From contig CBFHYD010000001.1 in the NCBI GenBank assembly GCA_965659975.1, forward strand, positions 1,241 through 65,240: DNA of 64,000 nt, read 5' to 3'. The notes below the pieces were generated by a model. That model searched no databases and was not told where the DNA came from. It saw only the letters and a list, made by a program, of their open reading frames with translations. Each line of letters opens with the position of its first letter. Positions within the stretch are counted from its first letter, which is position 1. Source of the DNA: Winogradskyella sp. (GTDB taxonomy: Bacteria; Bacteroidota; Bacteroidia; Flavobacteriales; Flavobacteriaceae). Shown here piece after piece: positions 37,521 to 48,006 of this stretch. A program made the translations under genes and the position numbers.

Positions 37521-38210
37521 ATGAGCGGAATTTTAAGTTCGTCGATAGGAAGAAAGTTCGCCATGGCACTTTCGGCACTCTTCCTTATGGTATTTTTACT
37601 TCAGCATTTTGCGATAAATATACTTTCAGTATTTAGTCCAGACACCTTTAACGAAGCTTCCCATTTTATGGGGACATTTTGGGCTGTACAATACATTTTA
37701 CAACCTGTTTTAATTTTTGGGGTCATCTTTCATTTTGTTATGGGATTTGTTTTGGAGATTAAAAACAATAGTGCAAGAAAAGTAAGCTATGCTAAAAATA
37801 ATGGTGGTGCAAATTCAACTTGGATGAGTAGAAACATGATCTGGAGTGGCTTAGTCATTTTAGTGTTTTTAGTGATTCATATGATAGATTTCTGGGTAAA
37901 CGAAATGAATGTAAAATATGTAGCTGGTGATATGACTGGTTTGGTAAATCCAGAAGATCCAGCAAGTGGTTTTAGATACTACGAAGAACTTGTAGTGAAG
38001 TTTAGACCAATGTGGCGCGTAGCGCTTTATAGTTTAGGATTCGTGTTCTTAGCATTACACTTATTACATGGCTTTAACTCGGCATTCCAATCTGTTGGTG
38101 CAAATAACAAGTACACGAAAGCGTTACAAGGATTTTCAAAAGTGTATGCTATTGGACTTCCGTTAGGCTTCATATTTATAGCATTATTTCATCATTTTAG
38201 TGGACATTAA
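37521..38210 (+). CDS. sdhC: Succinate dehydrogenase cytochrome b subunit
   Basis: [12 protein letters not shown], conserved His residues, SAFQSVG; leads the sdh operon. Confidence 0.92.
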   Translation: MSGILSSSIGRKFAMALSALFLMVFLLQHFAINILSVFSPDTFNEASHFMGTFWAVQYILQPVLIFGVIFHFVMGFVLEIKNNSARKVSYAKNNGGANSTWMSRNMIWSGLVILVFLVIHMIDFWVNEMNVKYVAGDMTGLVNPEDPASGFRYYEELVVKFRPMWRVALYSLGFVFLALHLLHGFNSAFQSVGANNKYTKALQGFSKVYAIGLPLGFIFIALFHHFSGH

Positions 38211-38221
38211 AAATTAGAAGT

Positions 38222-40219
38222 ATGGCATTAGATTCAAAAATACCTCAAGGTCCATTAGCTGATAAATGGACAAATCATAAAAATACAATCAACCTTGTAA
38301 ACCCAGCCAACAAGCGTCTTATTGATGTTATTGTTGTTGGTACAGGTTTGGCAGGTGGTTCTGCAGCTGCAACCTTGGCTGAGCTTGGTTATAACGTTAA
38401 AGCATTTTGTTTTCAGGATTCACCAAGACGTGCGCACTCCATAGCAGCACAAGGTGGAATTAACGCAGCAAAGAACTATCAAGGTGATGGTGACTCGACT
38501 TACAGATTATTCTACGATACTGTAAAAGGTGGCGATTACCGTTCTCGCGAAGCAAATGTTTATCGATTAGCAGAAGTATCTGCAAATATTATAGACCAAT
38601 GTGTGGCACAAGGTGTACCTTTTGCACGTGACTATGGTGGATTATTAGATAACCGTTCGTTTGGTGGTGTATTAGTATCACGTACGTTTTATGCTAAGGG
38701 ACAAACAGGACAGCAATTATTGTTAGGTGCTTACTCAGCAATGAACCGTCAGATTGGACGTGGAAAGATTAAAATGTATAATCGACATGAAATGTTAGAC
38801 GTTGTTATTGTCGATGGTAAAGCACGCGGAATTATTTCACGTAATTTAGTGACTGGAGAAATCGAAAGACATTCGGCACACGCTGTAGTTTTAGGTACAG
38901 GTGGTTATGGTAATGTATTCTTCTTATCAACAAATGCAATGGGAAGTAATGTTACTGCAGCCTGGAAAGCACATAAACGTGGTGCGTATTTTGCAAATCC
39001 ATGTTACACGCAGATTCATCCAACATGTATACCAGTTTCTGGAGATCACCAATCAAAATTAACTTTGATGTCTGAGTCTCTGCGAAATGATGGTCGTATT
39101 TGGGTGCCAAAACACCTTAAAGATGTTGAGGCCATCAGAAATAAAACCCTGAAGCCAACAGACCTAAAAGAAGAAGATAGAGATTACTATTTAGAGCGTC
39201 GTTATCCAGCCTTTGGTAACTTAGTGCCTCGAGATGTTGCCTCTCGTGCTGCTAAAGAACGATGTGATGCGGGTTATGGTGTTAACGCAACAGGTGAGGC
39301 TGTGTACTTAGACTTTGCAGCAGCTATTGAGCGTTATGGTAAAGAACAGGCAATCGTAAAAGGATTAGATATTAATGACGCTGCACTTGTAAAGAAGTTG
39401 GGTCAAGAAGTTGTAAAAACCAAATACGGAAACTTATTCCAGATGTATGAGAAAATCGTAGACGAGAATCCATACGAAACACCGATGATGATATATCCTG
39501 CTGTACATTATACTATGGGTGGAATTTGGGTAGATTATAATCTTCAGACAACTGTACCAGGATTATATGCAATTGGTGAAGCCAATTTCTCTGATCATGG
39601 TGCTAACCGATTGGGAGCTTCTGCATTAATGCAAGGATTAGCAGATGGTTATTTTGTGTTACCATATACAATTGGAGATTACTTATCTGATGATATACGT
39701 ACAGGACCAATTTCTACAGACACTAAGGAGTTTGAAGAAGCAGAGAATAAAGTAAAGTCAGAAATTGACCACTTAGTAAATAATAATGGAACTAAGGCTG
39801 TAGATTATTTCCACAAAAGATTAGGAAAAATCATGTGGAACAAATGCGGAATGGCTCGTAACGAACAAGGATTAAAAGAAGCTATTGAAGAAATTTCTGC
39901 GTTACGCGCAGAGTTTTGGAAAGATGTTCGTGTACCTGGAGAAGCTAATGAGTATAATGAAGAATTGGCAAAAGCAGGTCGTGTAGCGGACTTCTTAGAA
40001 TTAGGTGAGTTGTTTGCTAAAGATGCTTTACAACGTGAAGAATCTGCCGGCGGACACTTTAGAGAAGAACACCAAACTCCAGAAGGAGAAGCGAAGCGTC
40101 GTAAAGAGTTTCAGTATGTTTCTGCTTGGGAATATAAAGGCGAACCAAAGGATGCCGTACTTCATAAAGAAGACTTAGTCTACGAAAATATTGAAGTAAA
40201 AGAGCGTTCTTACAAATAA
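38222..40219 (+). CDS. sdhA: Succinate dehydrogenase/fumarate reductase flavoprotein
   Basis: [34 protein letters not shown]. Confidence 0.97.
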   Translation: MALDSKIPQGPLADKWTNHKNTINLVNPANKRLIDVIVVGTGLAGGSAAATLAELGYNVKAFCFQDSPRRAHSIAAQGGINAAKNYQGDGDSTYRLFYDTVKGGDYRSREANVYRLAEVSANIIDQCVAQGVPFARDYGGLLDNRSFGGVLVSRTFYAKGQTGQQLLLGAYSAMNRQIGRGKIKMYNRHEMLDVVIVDGKARGIISRNLVTGEIERHSAHAVVLGTGGYGNVFFLSTNAMGSNVTAAWKAHKRGAYFANPCYTQIHPTCIPVSGDHQSKLTLMSESLRNDGRIWVPKHLKDVEAIRNKTLKPTDLKEEDRDYYLERRYPAFGNLVPRDVASRAAKERCDAGYGVNATGEAVYLDFAAAIERYGKEQAIVKGLDINDAALVKKLGQEVVKTKYGNLFQMYEKIVDENPYETPMMIYPAVHYTMGGIWVDYNLQTTVPGLYAIGEANFSDHGANRLGASALMQGLADGYFVLPYTIGDYLSDDIRTGPISTDTKEFEEAENKVKSEIDHLVNNNGTKAVDYFHKRLGKIMWNKCGMARNEQGLKEAIEEISALRAEFWKDVRVPGEANEYNEELAKAGRVADFLELGELFAKDALQREESAGGHFREEHQTPEGEAKRRKEFQYVSAWEYKGEPKDAVLHKEDLVYENIEVKERSYK

Positions 40220-40248
40220 AAACCAACTAACTAAACAATTATATAATT

Positions 40249-40617
40249 ATGAATTCAAACGTATTAAAATTAAAACTTAAAAGAGTAGATCCTGTAAAAT
40301 ATGCTATTATAGCATCCTTGACTACAATGCTAATTATGCTTGTTGTATTTGTACCATTTTTCTTCCTGTTTTCGGCAATCGGGTTAGGTGCCTCAGGTGA
40401 TTCATTAGGTGCTGCTGGGGCAATATTTGGTGGTGGAATTGCAATGGTGATTATAGTACCACTCTTTTATGGGATTTTAGTTTTTATACTAACATTAATA
40501 ACAACTTCACTCCTCAATTTTATTTTGAAGAAAGCAGGAGGACTGGATATCGATTTTGAGAAAGTAGGTATTGACGCATCTGTCAACTATAGTTCTCAGG
40601 ATCGAATAGAACAATAA
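40249..40617 (+). CDS. Small membrane protein, DUF3566-like, inserted between sdhA and sdhB
   Basis: KLKRVDP...two hydrophobic segments...LLNFILKKAGGLDIDF. Confidence 0.65.
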   Translation: MNSNVLKLKLKRVDPVKYAIIASLTTMLIMLVVFVPFFFLFSAIGLGASGDSLGAAGAIFGGGIAMVIIVPLFYGILVFILTLITTSLLNFILKKAGGLDIDFEKVGIDASVNYSSQDRIEQ

Positions 40618-40629
40618 AAAAAACTTGCT

Positions 40630-41376
40630 ATGAATTTAACCTTAAAAATTTGGCGCCAAAAAGGTGCAAACGCTAAAGGTAAAATGGTGGATTATCAAAT
40701 TAGTGATATATCACCAGACATGTCATTTTTGGAAATGTTGGATGTATTAAACACTCAACTTATAGAAAAAGGAGATGAGCCAGTAGCTTTTGACCACGAT
40801 TGTCGCGAAGGTATCTGTGGATCATGTTCATTATATATCAACGGAGAAGCACATGGACCAGATCGTTTGATTACAACATGTCAATTGCACATACGTAAGT
40901 TCAAAGATGGCGATACTATTTATATAGAGCCATGGAGAGCAAGCGCGTTCCCAGTAATTAAAGATTTAATTGTAGACCGAAGTGCTTTCGACCGTATCCA
41001 ACACGCTGGAGGATTTGTTTCTGTAAACACCTCAGGTAATACACAAGACGCTAACTCTATACCTATCGAAAAGGCAAATGCAGATAAAGCGTTCGACGCA
41101 GCAACTTGTATTGGTTGTGGTGCTTGTGTTGCCAGTTGTAAAAACTCTTCTGCAATGTTATTTGTAGGCGCAAAAGTGTCTCAATTTGCATTATTACCAC
41201 AAGGTCAAGTAGAAGCTACAGATCGTGTATTAAATATGGTAAATCAAATGGACGAAGAAGGATTTGGTAACTGTACAAATACAGGTGCATGTGAGGTTGA
41301 GTGTCCTAAAGGAATTTCATTAGAGAATATTGCACGTATGAATAGAGAATATCTATCTGCGAGCCTTAAAGGATAA
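40630..41376 (+). CDS. sdhB: Succinate dehydrogenase iron-sulfur subunit
   Basis: [32 protein letters not shown]. Confidence 0.97.
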   Translation: MNLTLKIWRQKGANAKGKMVDYQISDISPDMSFLEMLDVLNTQLIEKGDEPVAFDHDCREGICGSCSLYINGEAHGPDRLITTCQLHIRKFKDGDTIYIEPWRASAFPVIKDLIVDRSAFDRIQHAGGFVSVNTSGNTQDANSIPIEKANADKAFDAATCIGCGACVASCKNSSAMLFVGAKVSQFALLPQGQVEATDRVLNMVNQMDEEGFGNCTNTGACEVECPKGISLENIARMNREYLSASLKG

Positions 41377-41398
41377 AACTATCTAAATACAAATATTC

Positions 41399-41434
41399 AA
41401 TCCCAAGATATCTATTATCTTGGGGTTTTATTTT
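41399..41434 (+). terminator. Intrinsic terminator after sdhB
   Basis: AATCCCAAGATA-TCTAT-TATCTTGGGGTT followed by a T-tract. Confidence 0.78.
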
Positions 41435-41449
41435 CTATAGCCTACACCT

Positions 41450-43222
41450 ATGCATAATCATATTCAGTTTTATAAGCAGGAGCTTGAAACCTATTCGGCT
41501 AAAGTAGCCGCACTTTTTAAAACCTTAGGATTATATAGTATTCTGAGATTAGGTGTTTTTGTTCTAACGGCCATGGGAGTTTATTTTGCCATAAATGATT
41601 GGCGAATTGCTCTCGGAATTGGTGTCCTTGGTTGCGCAGTGTTTCTATTTCTATTATCGCGCTATACAGACTACAAATTAGAACGCCAGCGCTATAAACG
41701 ATTGGTTAAGATTAATGAAGAAGAACTTAAAATAGCCAAAGGTGATTTTTTTCATAGAAAAGATGGTCGCGAATTTCAAGACCCAAAACACTTCTTCAGC
41801 TTAGACATTGATTTATTTGGCAAAGGTTCCTTTTTTCAGTTTGTCAATAGAACTGCCGTAAAAGAAGGCACGGAGAAATTAGTGGAATTGCTTTTAGCAA
41901 ATGACATTGAGGAAATTGAAAACCGACAAAAAGCTGTCAAAGAGTTATCTCAAAAACCACAATGGCGCCAGAATTACATGGCAATTGCTCAAGTCGTAGA
42001 GGTAGAGCGATCGGCTTCAGAAATTATTAATTGGCTAAAGGGTTATAAGCCCTTTCTCAAGGGTATTTGGAAATTTGTTCCTCTAATTTTCACGCTATTA
42101 TCGTTGAGTATTCTGGTATTGACCATTGTTGAAGTTTTACCAATAGATTATTTAGGGTATTGGTTGTTGGTAGGATTAGGGATTACTGGGATATATGTAA
42201 AAAAGGTAAATATCTTATCACTTAATACATCCAGAGCAAAAGACACGTTTAGGCAATATGCCCAATTATTGGATGCTATTGAGAATGAAACATTCCAATC
42301 TACACTTTTGCGTCAACAGCAGACCAAAATTGAAGGAGTTGTAATTAAAGCTTCGCAAATCTTTTCACAATTTTCAAAGTATATCGATGCCTTAGATAAT
42401 AGGAATAATCTGATTTCTGCCATACTTGGTAATGGTTACTTTTTATGGGATTTACGTCAAGCCTATAAAATTGAAAAATGGATAGAAAATTATGCAGACA
42501 AAGTAGACGATTGGTTCGATGTGGTTACCTTTTTTGATGCTTATAACACTTTAGGTAATTATGCATTTAATCATCAAAATTTTGTTTATCCAGAAATATC
42601 TAATGATACACATACCATTTCAGCTAATGATTTAGGGCATCCACTTTTAGATTCAGAAAAACGTGTTGATAGTGATTTAGATATTGAACAATCACAGTTT
42701 TTCATCATCACAGGCGCGAATATGGCCGGTAAAAGTACCTTCTTGCGAACTGTAGCATTACATATTGTTATGGCCAACATTGGTTTACCTTTATGCGCAA
42801 AGCGAAGTATTTACAAGCCCATAAAATTGGTAACAAGTATGCGCACTACCGATTCCTTGACGGATGATAGTAGCTACTTTTTTAGCGAACTCACACGCCT
42901 AAAATTTGTTGTAGATACAATTGAAAAGGATAACAACTACTTTATCATTCTGGATGAAATCCTAAAAGGAACTAATAGTACAGATAAAGCCATTGGTTCA
43001 CGACAATTCGTAGAGCGATTGGTAAAACTAAAAGCTACAGGAATTATAGCAACTCACGATTTGAGCTTAACCGAAATTGAATCGAATTTGGAGCCAGTTA
43101 AGAATTATTATTTCGATGCAGAAATAGTCAATGACGAGTTGTATTTTGACTATAAACTCAAGCAAGGTGTTTGTCAAAATATGAATGCAAGCTTTTTGTT
43201 GAAGAAGATGGATATTGTATAA
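41450..43222 (+). CDS. MutS-related protein (domain V ATPase only, with TM helices)
   Basis: TGANMAGKSTFLR, SSYFFSEL, ILDEILKGTNS, ATHDL; N-terminal hydrophobic helices; no mismatch-binding domain. Confidence 0.88.
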   Translation: MHNHIQFYKQELETYSAKVAALFKTLGLYSILRLGVFVLTAMGVYFAINDWRIALGIGVLGCAVFLFLLSRYTDYKLERQRYKRLVKINEEELKIAKGDFFHRKDGREFQDPKHFFSLDIDLFGKGSFFQFVNRTAVKEGTEKLVELLLANDIEEIENRQKAVKELSQKPQWRQNYMAIAQVVEVERSASEIINWLKGYKPFLKGIWKFVPLIFTLLSLSILVLTIVEVLPIDYLGYWLLVGLGITGIYVKKVNILSLNTSRAKDTFRQYAQLLDAIENETFQSTLLRQQQTKIEGVVIKASQIFSQFSKYIDALDNRNNLISAILGNGYFLWDLRQAYKIEKWIENYADKVDDWFDVVTFFDAYNTLGNYAFNHQNFVYPEISNDTHTISANDLGHPLLDSEKRVDSDLDIEQSQFFIITGANMAGKSTFLRTVALHIVMANIGLPLCAKRSIYKPIKLVTSMRTTDSLTDDSSYFFSELTRLKFVVDTIEKDNNYFIILDEILKGTNSTDKAIGSRQFVERLVKLKATGIIATHDLSLTEIESNLEPVKNYYFDAEIVNDELYFDYKLKQGVCQNMNASFLLKKMDIV

Positions 43223-43223
43223 C

Positions 43224-43253
43224 AAAAAACCCACTCAGATGAGTGGGTTTTTT
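43224..43253. terminator. Bidirectional intrinsic terminator
   Basis: AAAAAACCCACTC-AGAT-GAGTGGGTTTTTT. Confidence 0.88.
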
Positions 43254-43272
43254 AAAATCTTCGAAAAAATTC

Positions 43273-43533
43273 TTAAGCCTCAAATGGCTCTATAGAAACA
43301 TAAGACTTATCGTCTTTTTTCTTTGTGAATTTTACGATACCATCAACTTTAGCATGTAAAGTGTGGTCTTTTCCTTGGTACACGTTTTCACCTGGGTGAT
43401 GTGTGTTACCTCTTTGTCTTACTAAGATGTTCCCTGCGATAGCAGCTTGTCCACCAAATATCTTAACACCTAAGCGTTTCGATTCTGATTCTCTACCGTT
43501 TTTAGAACTACCAACTCCTTTTTTATGAGCCAT
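43273..43533 (-). CDS. rpmA: 50S ribosomal protein L27
   Basis: [24 protein letters not shown]. Confidence 0.98.
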   Translation of the reverse strand: MAHKKGVGSSKNGRESESKRLGVKIFGGQAAIAGNILVRQRGNTHHPGENVYQGKDHTLHAKVDGIVKFTKKKDDKSYVSIEPFEA

Positions 43534-43574
43534 TGTCTTAAGGTTTTATATTGTTAAACTTAAGTGGTTGCTAA

Positions 43575-44231
43575 TTAAGCTTTACCACCATCTAATTCGT
43601 CTTGCCATTTTTTAAGCTCGTCCCATTGTCCTGCAGCAGCCATTTCAGCTTGCTTAGGCCATGTGTCTGTAACATGGTTACCACGAACTCCAGCGATTAT
43701 TTCAGAAATTTTTTCTGGGCTTGTTTTAGCTAACTCAGCGAAAGTAGTAATACCTGCTTCTGCAATTGTAGAAGCAATTTTTGGTCCAATACCTTCAATT
43801 TTCTTGAAATCATCTGCTTTTGCTTTTTTAGCTGGGGCAGCTTTTTTTGCAGCTGGTTTTGCTGCAGCTTTAGGCTCAGCTTTCTTTGCTTCTTTCTTAG
43901 GAGCAGCTTTTTTAGCTCCAGAAGCTTTGATACCTTCGATTACGATTTCAGAAAGTGCTTGACGGTGACCATTTTTTACACGGTAACCTTTACGTCTTTT
44001 CTTTTTGAAAACAATAACCTTGTCACCTTTAAGGTGCTTTAAGACTTTAGCACTTACTTGTGCTCCGTCTATAGCTGGGGCGCCTACAGTAACTTTGTCA
44101 CCGTCACCTATAAGAAGAACATTGTCAAAATCAACTTTCTTACCTTCTTCAGTAGATAAACGATTAACAAAAACCTTTTGGTCTTTCTCAACTTTAAATT
44201 GATGCCCTGCTATCTCTACAATTGCGTACAT
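43575..44231 (-). CDS. rplU: 50S ribosomal protein L21 with Ala/Lys-rich linker and C-terminal helix-hairpin-helix (DUF4332-like) extension
   Basis: MYAIVEIAG...KKKRRKGY..KNGHRQ, then DDFKKIEGIGPKIA...W..QA. Confidence 0.95.
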   Translation of the reverse strand: MYAIVEIAGHQFKVEKDQKVFVNRLSTEEGKKVDFDNVLLIGDGDKVTVGAPAIDGAQVSAKVLKHLKGDKVIVFKKKRRKGYRVKNGHRQALSEIVIEGIKASGAKKAAPKKEAKKAEPKAAAKPAAKKAAPAKKAKADDFKKIEGIGPKIASTIAEAGITTFAELAKTSPEKISEIIAGVRGNHVTDTWPKQAEMAAAGQWDELKKWQDELDGGKA

Positions 44232-44293
44232 AGCGTAACGTTTTTATTAATTTGTTTCTTAATTATAACAGCCTTCTTCTCAGAAAGCGGATG

Positions 44294-44301
44294 CAAATAT
44301 A
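44294..44301 (-). promoter_or_regulatory. -7 promoter element of rplU-rpmA
   Basis: TATATTTG on the minus strand, followed by a short leader hairpin. Confidence 0.6.
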
Positions 44302-44532
44302 CGCTTAAATTCCTAATGCACAAACGTTTTAAGGCTTTTGAGCCATTAATTTTAAAGGTGATTTATGGATTATTAGAATAAGTCAATCCTAAATTGATGA
44401 ATTAAGTATTTATTTCACAAATAATTTAGAAATAAAAGCGGATTACTTCCCTATTTTTGTGGGAATTGCTGTAACAATATTATGTTAAGCGAGACTAAGC
44501 TTTTGAAACTTTTTTTAAAAACAAAAAACAAA

Positions 44533-45864
44533 ATGAGAAAAAACGTATTAGGTCTATTGTTTTTGATGCTTGTCGCTACGGCTGCCAATGCTCAAAAAGT
44601 AGAGTTTGAAGAATTTGATTTAGATAATGGCTTGCACGTTATCCTACATCAAGATAATACTGCACCAGTGGTAATTACATCCGTAATGTATGATGTTGGA
44701 GGTAAGGACTTAGGTGGAAAACCAGAAACTGGTCTTAGAACCGGATTTGCCCACTTCTTTGAGCATTTATTATTCGAAGGTTCAGAAAATATTGAGCGTG
44801 GTGAATTTATGAAGATCATTCCTGCTAATGGAGGTACTTTTAATGCAAACACATCGCAAGATAGAACCTATTACTATGAAATATTTCCTTCTAACAAGTT
44901 GGAGTTAGGCTTATGGTTAGAGTCGGAGCGTATGTTGCACCCAGTAATCGACCAAGTTGGTGTTGACACACAGAACGAGGTTGTAAAAGAAGAAAAGCGT
45001 CAACGTTACGATGCACCTTATGGAAAACTTTTAGAAGTTATTGGAGAAAATTTATTTGACGCGCATCCATACAAATATCCAAATATTGGTTTTATGGAGG
45101 ATCTCGATGCATCTACGTTAGAAGAATTTTATGCGTATTTCGATAAATACTACTCTCCAAGTAATGCTGTATTGATTGTAGCTGGAGATATAGATTCGGG
45201 TGAAACCAAAGAATTGGTGAAAAAATATTTTAGCGCTGTTAAAAGAAGACCTGACTTTGTTAGAGATTTTCCTAAAGAAAAACTAATTACAGAAACTAAG
45301 AAAGTAACTGCGTACGATGCAAATATTCAGATTCCAGCAATAATTGCAGCATACAAATTACCAGGACAAGCAGAAAGAGATGCTTATGTATTAGATATGA
45401 TTTCTACGTATTTAAGTGGTGGTAAAAGTTCGGTGCTTTATAAGAAAATCATTGATGAGCAGAAGCAAGCTTTAACAGTACAAGCTGTAAATCTTGGTCA
45501 AGTAGATCATAACATATTTGCTCTGTTTGCTTTACCTCAAGGTAATATATCATTAGATACACTTTTAGGAGAAATGGACGAGGAGATTGCAAAAATACAG
45601 TCAGAATTAATTTCTGAGCGTGATTACCAAAAATTATTGAACCAATACGAAAATCAATTCGTGAACTCAAATTCAAGTGTTGCAGGTATCGCTAATTCTT
45701 TAGCTAGATATTACATGTTATATGGTGATGTTAATCTAATAAACACACAATTAGATTTATACAGATCTATCACAAGAGAAGAAATTAGAGATGTGGCTAA
45801 GAAATATTTAAGCCCAAATCAGAGAGTTGAAATTCAGTACTTACCTAAAAAAGATGAAGAATAA
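44533..45864 (+). CDS. M16B family metallopeptidase, catalytic subunit
   Basis: HFFEH (HxxEH), NANTSQDRTYY, EEKRQR; start moved to MRKNVLG. Confidence 0.92.
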   Translation: MRKNVLGLLFLMLVATAANAQKVEFEEFDLDNGLHVILHQDNTAPVVITSVMYDVGGKDLGGKPETGLRTGFAHFFEHLLFEGSENIERGEFMKIIPANGGTFNANTSQDRTYYYEIFPSNKLELGLWLESERMLHPVIDQVGVDTQNEVVKEEKRQRYDAPYGKLLEVIGENLFDAHPYKYPNIGFMEDLDASTLEEFYAYFDKYYSPSNAVLIVAGDIDSGETKELVKKYFSAVKRRPDFVRDFPKEKLITETKKVTAYDANIQIPAIIAAYKLPGQAERDAYVLDMISTYLSGGKSSVLYKKIIDEQKQALTVQAVNLGQVDHNIFALFALPQGNISLDTLLGEMDEEIAKIQSELISERDYQKLLNQYENQFVNSNSSVAGIANSLARYYMLYGDVNLINTQLDLYRSITREEIRDVAKKYLSPNQRVEIQYLPKKDEE

Positions 45865-45865
45865 G

Positions 45866-47953
45866 ATGAAGAATTTTAAAATAAAATTAGCTGCATTTAT
45901 TGGTATTGCGTTAATCACATTTAGTGCAAACGCCCAATTAGACAGGTCCAAAATGCCAGAAGCAGGACCAGAACCAACCATTAATTTAGAAAAGCCATCT
46001 GAATTTCAATTGAAAAACGGCATTAATGTAATGGTGGTGGAGAATAATAAACTTCCAAGAGTATCTTACCAATTATCAATAGACAATAAACCAAACAGAG
46101 AAGGAGATAAAGCAGGAGTTGCAAGTATCTTATCGGCGATGTTAGGTAATGGTACGACTTCTATTTCTAAGGATGAGTTTAATGATGAGGTAGATTTTTT
46201 AGGAGCTAATATCAGTTTTGGCTCAAGTGGCGGTTTTGGAAGTGGATTAGTCAAATATTCTGATCGAATCGTAGAATTAATGGCAGATGCCGCTATAAAT
46301 CCGTTGTTAACCGAAGAAGAATTTGAGAAAGAAAAGGACAAGTTATTAGAGAATCTAAAAGCAGATAAAAAGAGTTTAGATGCAGTTTCTGGACGTGTTG
46401 GTGGTGCTTTATCTTATGGTAAAGATCATGTTTATGGCGAGTATGTGACAGGAGAAACCGTTAATAATGTCACTTTCGATGATGTTTTAGACTTGTATAA
46501 AATCCGTTTTGCTCCAAACAATGCCGACATTGTAGTCGTTGGAGACATTGATGTAAAAACGGTAAAGAAACAAATGAAAAAATATTTTGGTGTTTGGGAA
46601 AAGGTTGATTTAGCTGAAATGCCTGCACCAGAATTAACACCAAATGCATCTGGTGCACAAATTAATTTTGTGGATATGCCAAATGCTACACAATCTGTTA
46701 TTACAGTAACAAATAATGTTGACCTTAAGCAAAATGATGAAGATTATTTCGCAGCTTTAATGGCAAATAATATCCTTGGTGGTGGTGGCGAAGGTTATTT
46801 ATTTAAGAACCTACGTGAGGATAAAGGATATACCTATGGCGCTTATTCAAGTTTAGGTGCCAGTAGATACGGTGTTTCTCGTTTTACTGCAAGTGCAAAA
46901 GTCCGTAACGCAGTTACAGATAGTGCCGTAGTTGAGTTCTTAAAGGAAATTAAACGTATAAGAACTGAACCTGTGGAGGCATTAACACTAAAGAATGCTA
47001 AGGCTAAATATGTCGGTAATTTTGTAATGGCCCTAGAAAGACCACAGACTATTGCTAATTATGCACTTAATATTAAGCGTAACAAATTGCCGGAAGATTT
47101 CTATGCTAACTATCTTGACAACATAAACAAAGTATCTATAGAAGATGTTCAGCGTGTTGCTAATAAATACTTTGACATAGATAACGCAAGAGTTATTGTT
47201 GTTGGGAAAGGAAGTGATGTTATAGATAATTTAGAAAAGGTAGGATTACCAATAAATTACTATGATGCATATGCAAATGAGACTGAAAAACCAGTTTTTT
47301 CTAAACCATTACCGGAAGGTTTAACAGTTGTAGATGTTGTTAAGCGATATGTAGATGTTATAGGTGGCGAAGCAAAGTTAAAAGAAGTAGAGTCAATGTT
47401 GACTATGGCAGACGTCACTATAGCTGGAGCTCCATTTAAGCCAAAAGCAACTATAAAGCAAATGGCTCCAAATAAGTACTCAATGGAAATGTCTATTGAA
47501 GGAATGGGAACCATCATGAAGCAGAAGTTTGATGGTAATAATGGATATGCTGAGCAGCAAGGACAAAAAATTCCTATGACAGAGGATGAGGTCGAAAAAC
47601 GTAAGATCGAAAAAGGATTATTCCCTGAAATCTATATGGAGGCTGCAAACCTCACACTTGAAAGTTTAACGGACGTTAATGGTGTAAGTGCTTATAAAAT
47701 CGTTGAAGAAAAAGACGGTAAAAAAACAGTAAGATATTATGCTGTAGACACTGGCTACTTAATAAGAACTGAGGAAACCACAGAACAACAAGGACAAGAG
47801 ATAACTTCGGTTACAGATATTTCAAACTATAAAGAAGTTAACGGCGTTAAAGTGCCTTATAAAATGTCTATTACTGCTGGACCGCAGGTTATAGAAATGA
47901 ATTCAACCACTGTTAAAATTAATGAAGGTGTAAAAGCTGAAGATTTTAACTAA
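45866..47953 (+). CDS. M16B family peptidase, non-catalytic partner with extra C-terminal domain
   Basis: M16 fold, NLREDKGYTYG, no HxxEH; about 230 extra aa at the C-terminus. Confidence 0.88.
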   Translation: MKNFKIKLAAFIGIALITFSANAQLDRSKMPEAGPEPTINLEKPSEFQLKNGINVMVVENNKLPRVSYQLSIDNKPNREGDKAGVASILSAMLGNGTTSISKDEFNDEVDFLGANISFGSSGGFGSGLVKYSDRIVELMADAAINPLLTEEEFEKEKDKLLENLKADKKSLDAVSGRVGGALSYGKDHVYGEYVTGETVNNVTFDDVLDLYKIRFAPNNADIVVVGDIDVKTVKKQMKKYFGVWEKVDLAEMPAPELTPNASGAQINFVDMPNATQSVITVTNNVDLKQNDEDYFAALMANNILGGGGEGYLFKNLREDKGYTYGAYSSLGASRYGVSRFTASAKVRNAVTDSAVVEFLKEIKRIRTEPVEALTLKNAKAKYVGNFVMALERPQTIANYALNIKRNKLPEDFYANYLDNINKVSIEDVQRVANKYFDIDNARVIVVGKGSDVIDNLEKVGLPINYYDAYANETEKPVFSKPLPEGLTVVDVVKRYVDVIGGEAKLKEVESMLTMADVTIAGAPFKPKATIKQMAPNKYSMEMSIEGMGTIMKQKFDGNNGYAEQQGQKIPMTEDEVEKRKIEKGLFPEIYMEAANLTLESLTDVNGVSAYKIVEEKDGKKTVRYYAVDTGYLIRTEETTEQQGQEITSVTDISNYKEVNGVKVPYKMSITAGPQVIEMNSTTVKINEGVKAEDFN

Positions 47954-47973
47954 GAGTAGAATCTTTAAATATC

Positions 47974-48006
47974 AAAAAGCCGAAGTCATTGATCTTCGGC
48001 TTTTTT
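47974..48006. terminator. Bidirectional intrinsic terminator
   Basis: AAAAAGCCGAAG-TCATTGAT-CTTCGGCTTTTTT. Confidence 0.85.

Noticed and set aside
44232-44293. Ribosomal-protein leader ncRNA upstream of rplU
   Set aside because: Only a short weak hairpin is visible; cannot be supported without covariance analysis
36083-44490. TAACA-N6-TGTTA palindromes (36083, 44472) as a shared operator
   Set aside because: Only two loose matches, similar sites elsewhere have different spacing, and AT-rich background makes them unconvincing without a genome-wide scan
45851-45874. 12-bp tandem duplication (AAGATGAAGAAT x2) at the M16 gene junction as a target-site duplication
   Set aside because: No inserted element between the copies; both genes are intact and the repeat simply spans stop and start
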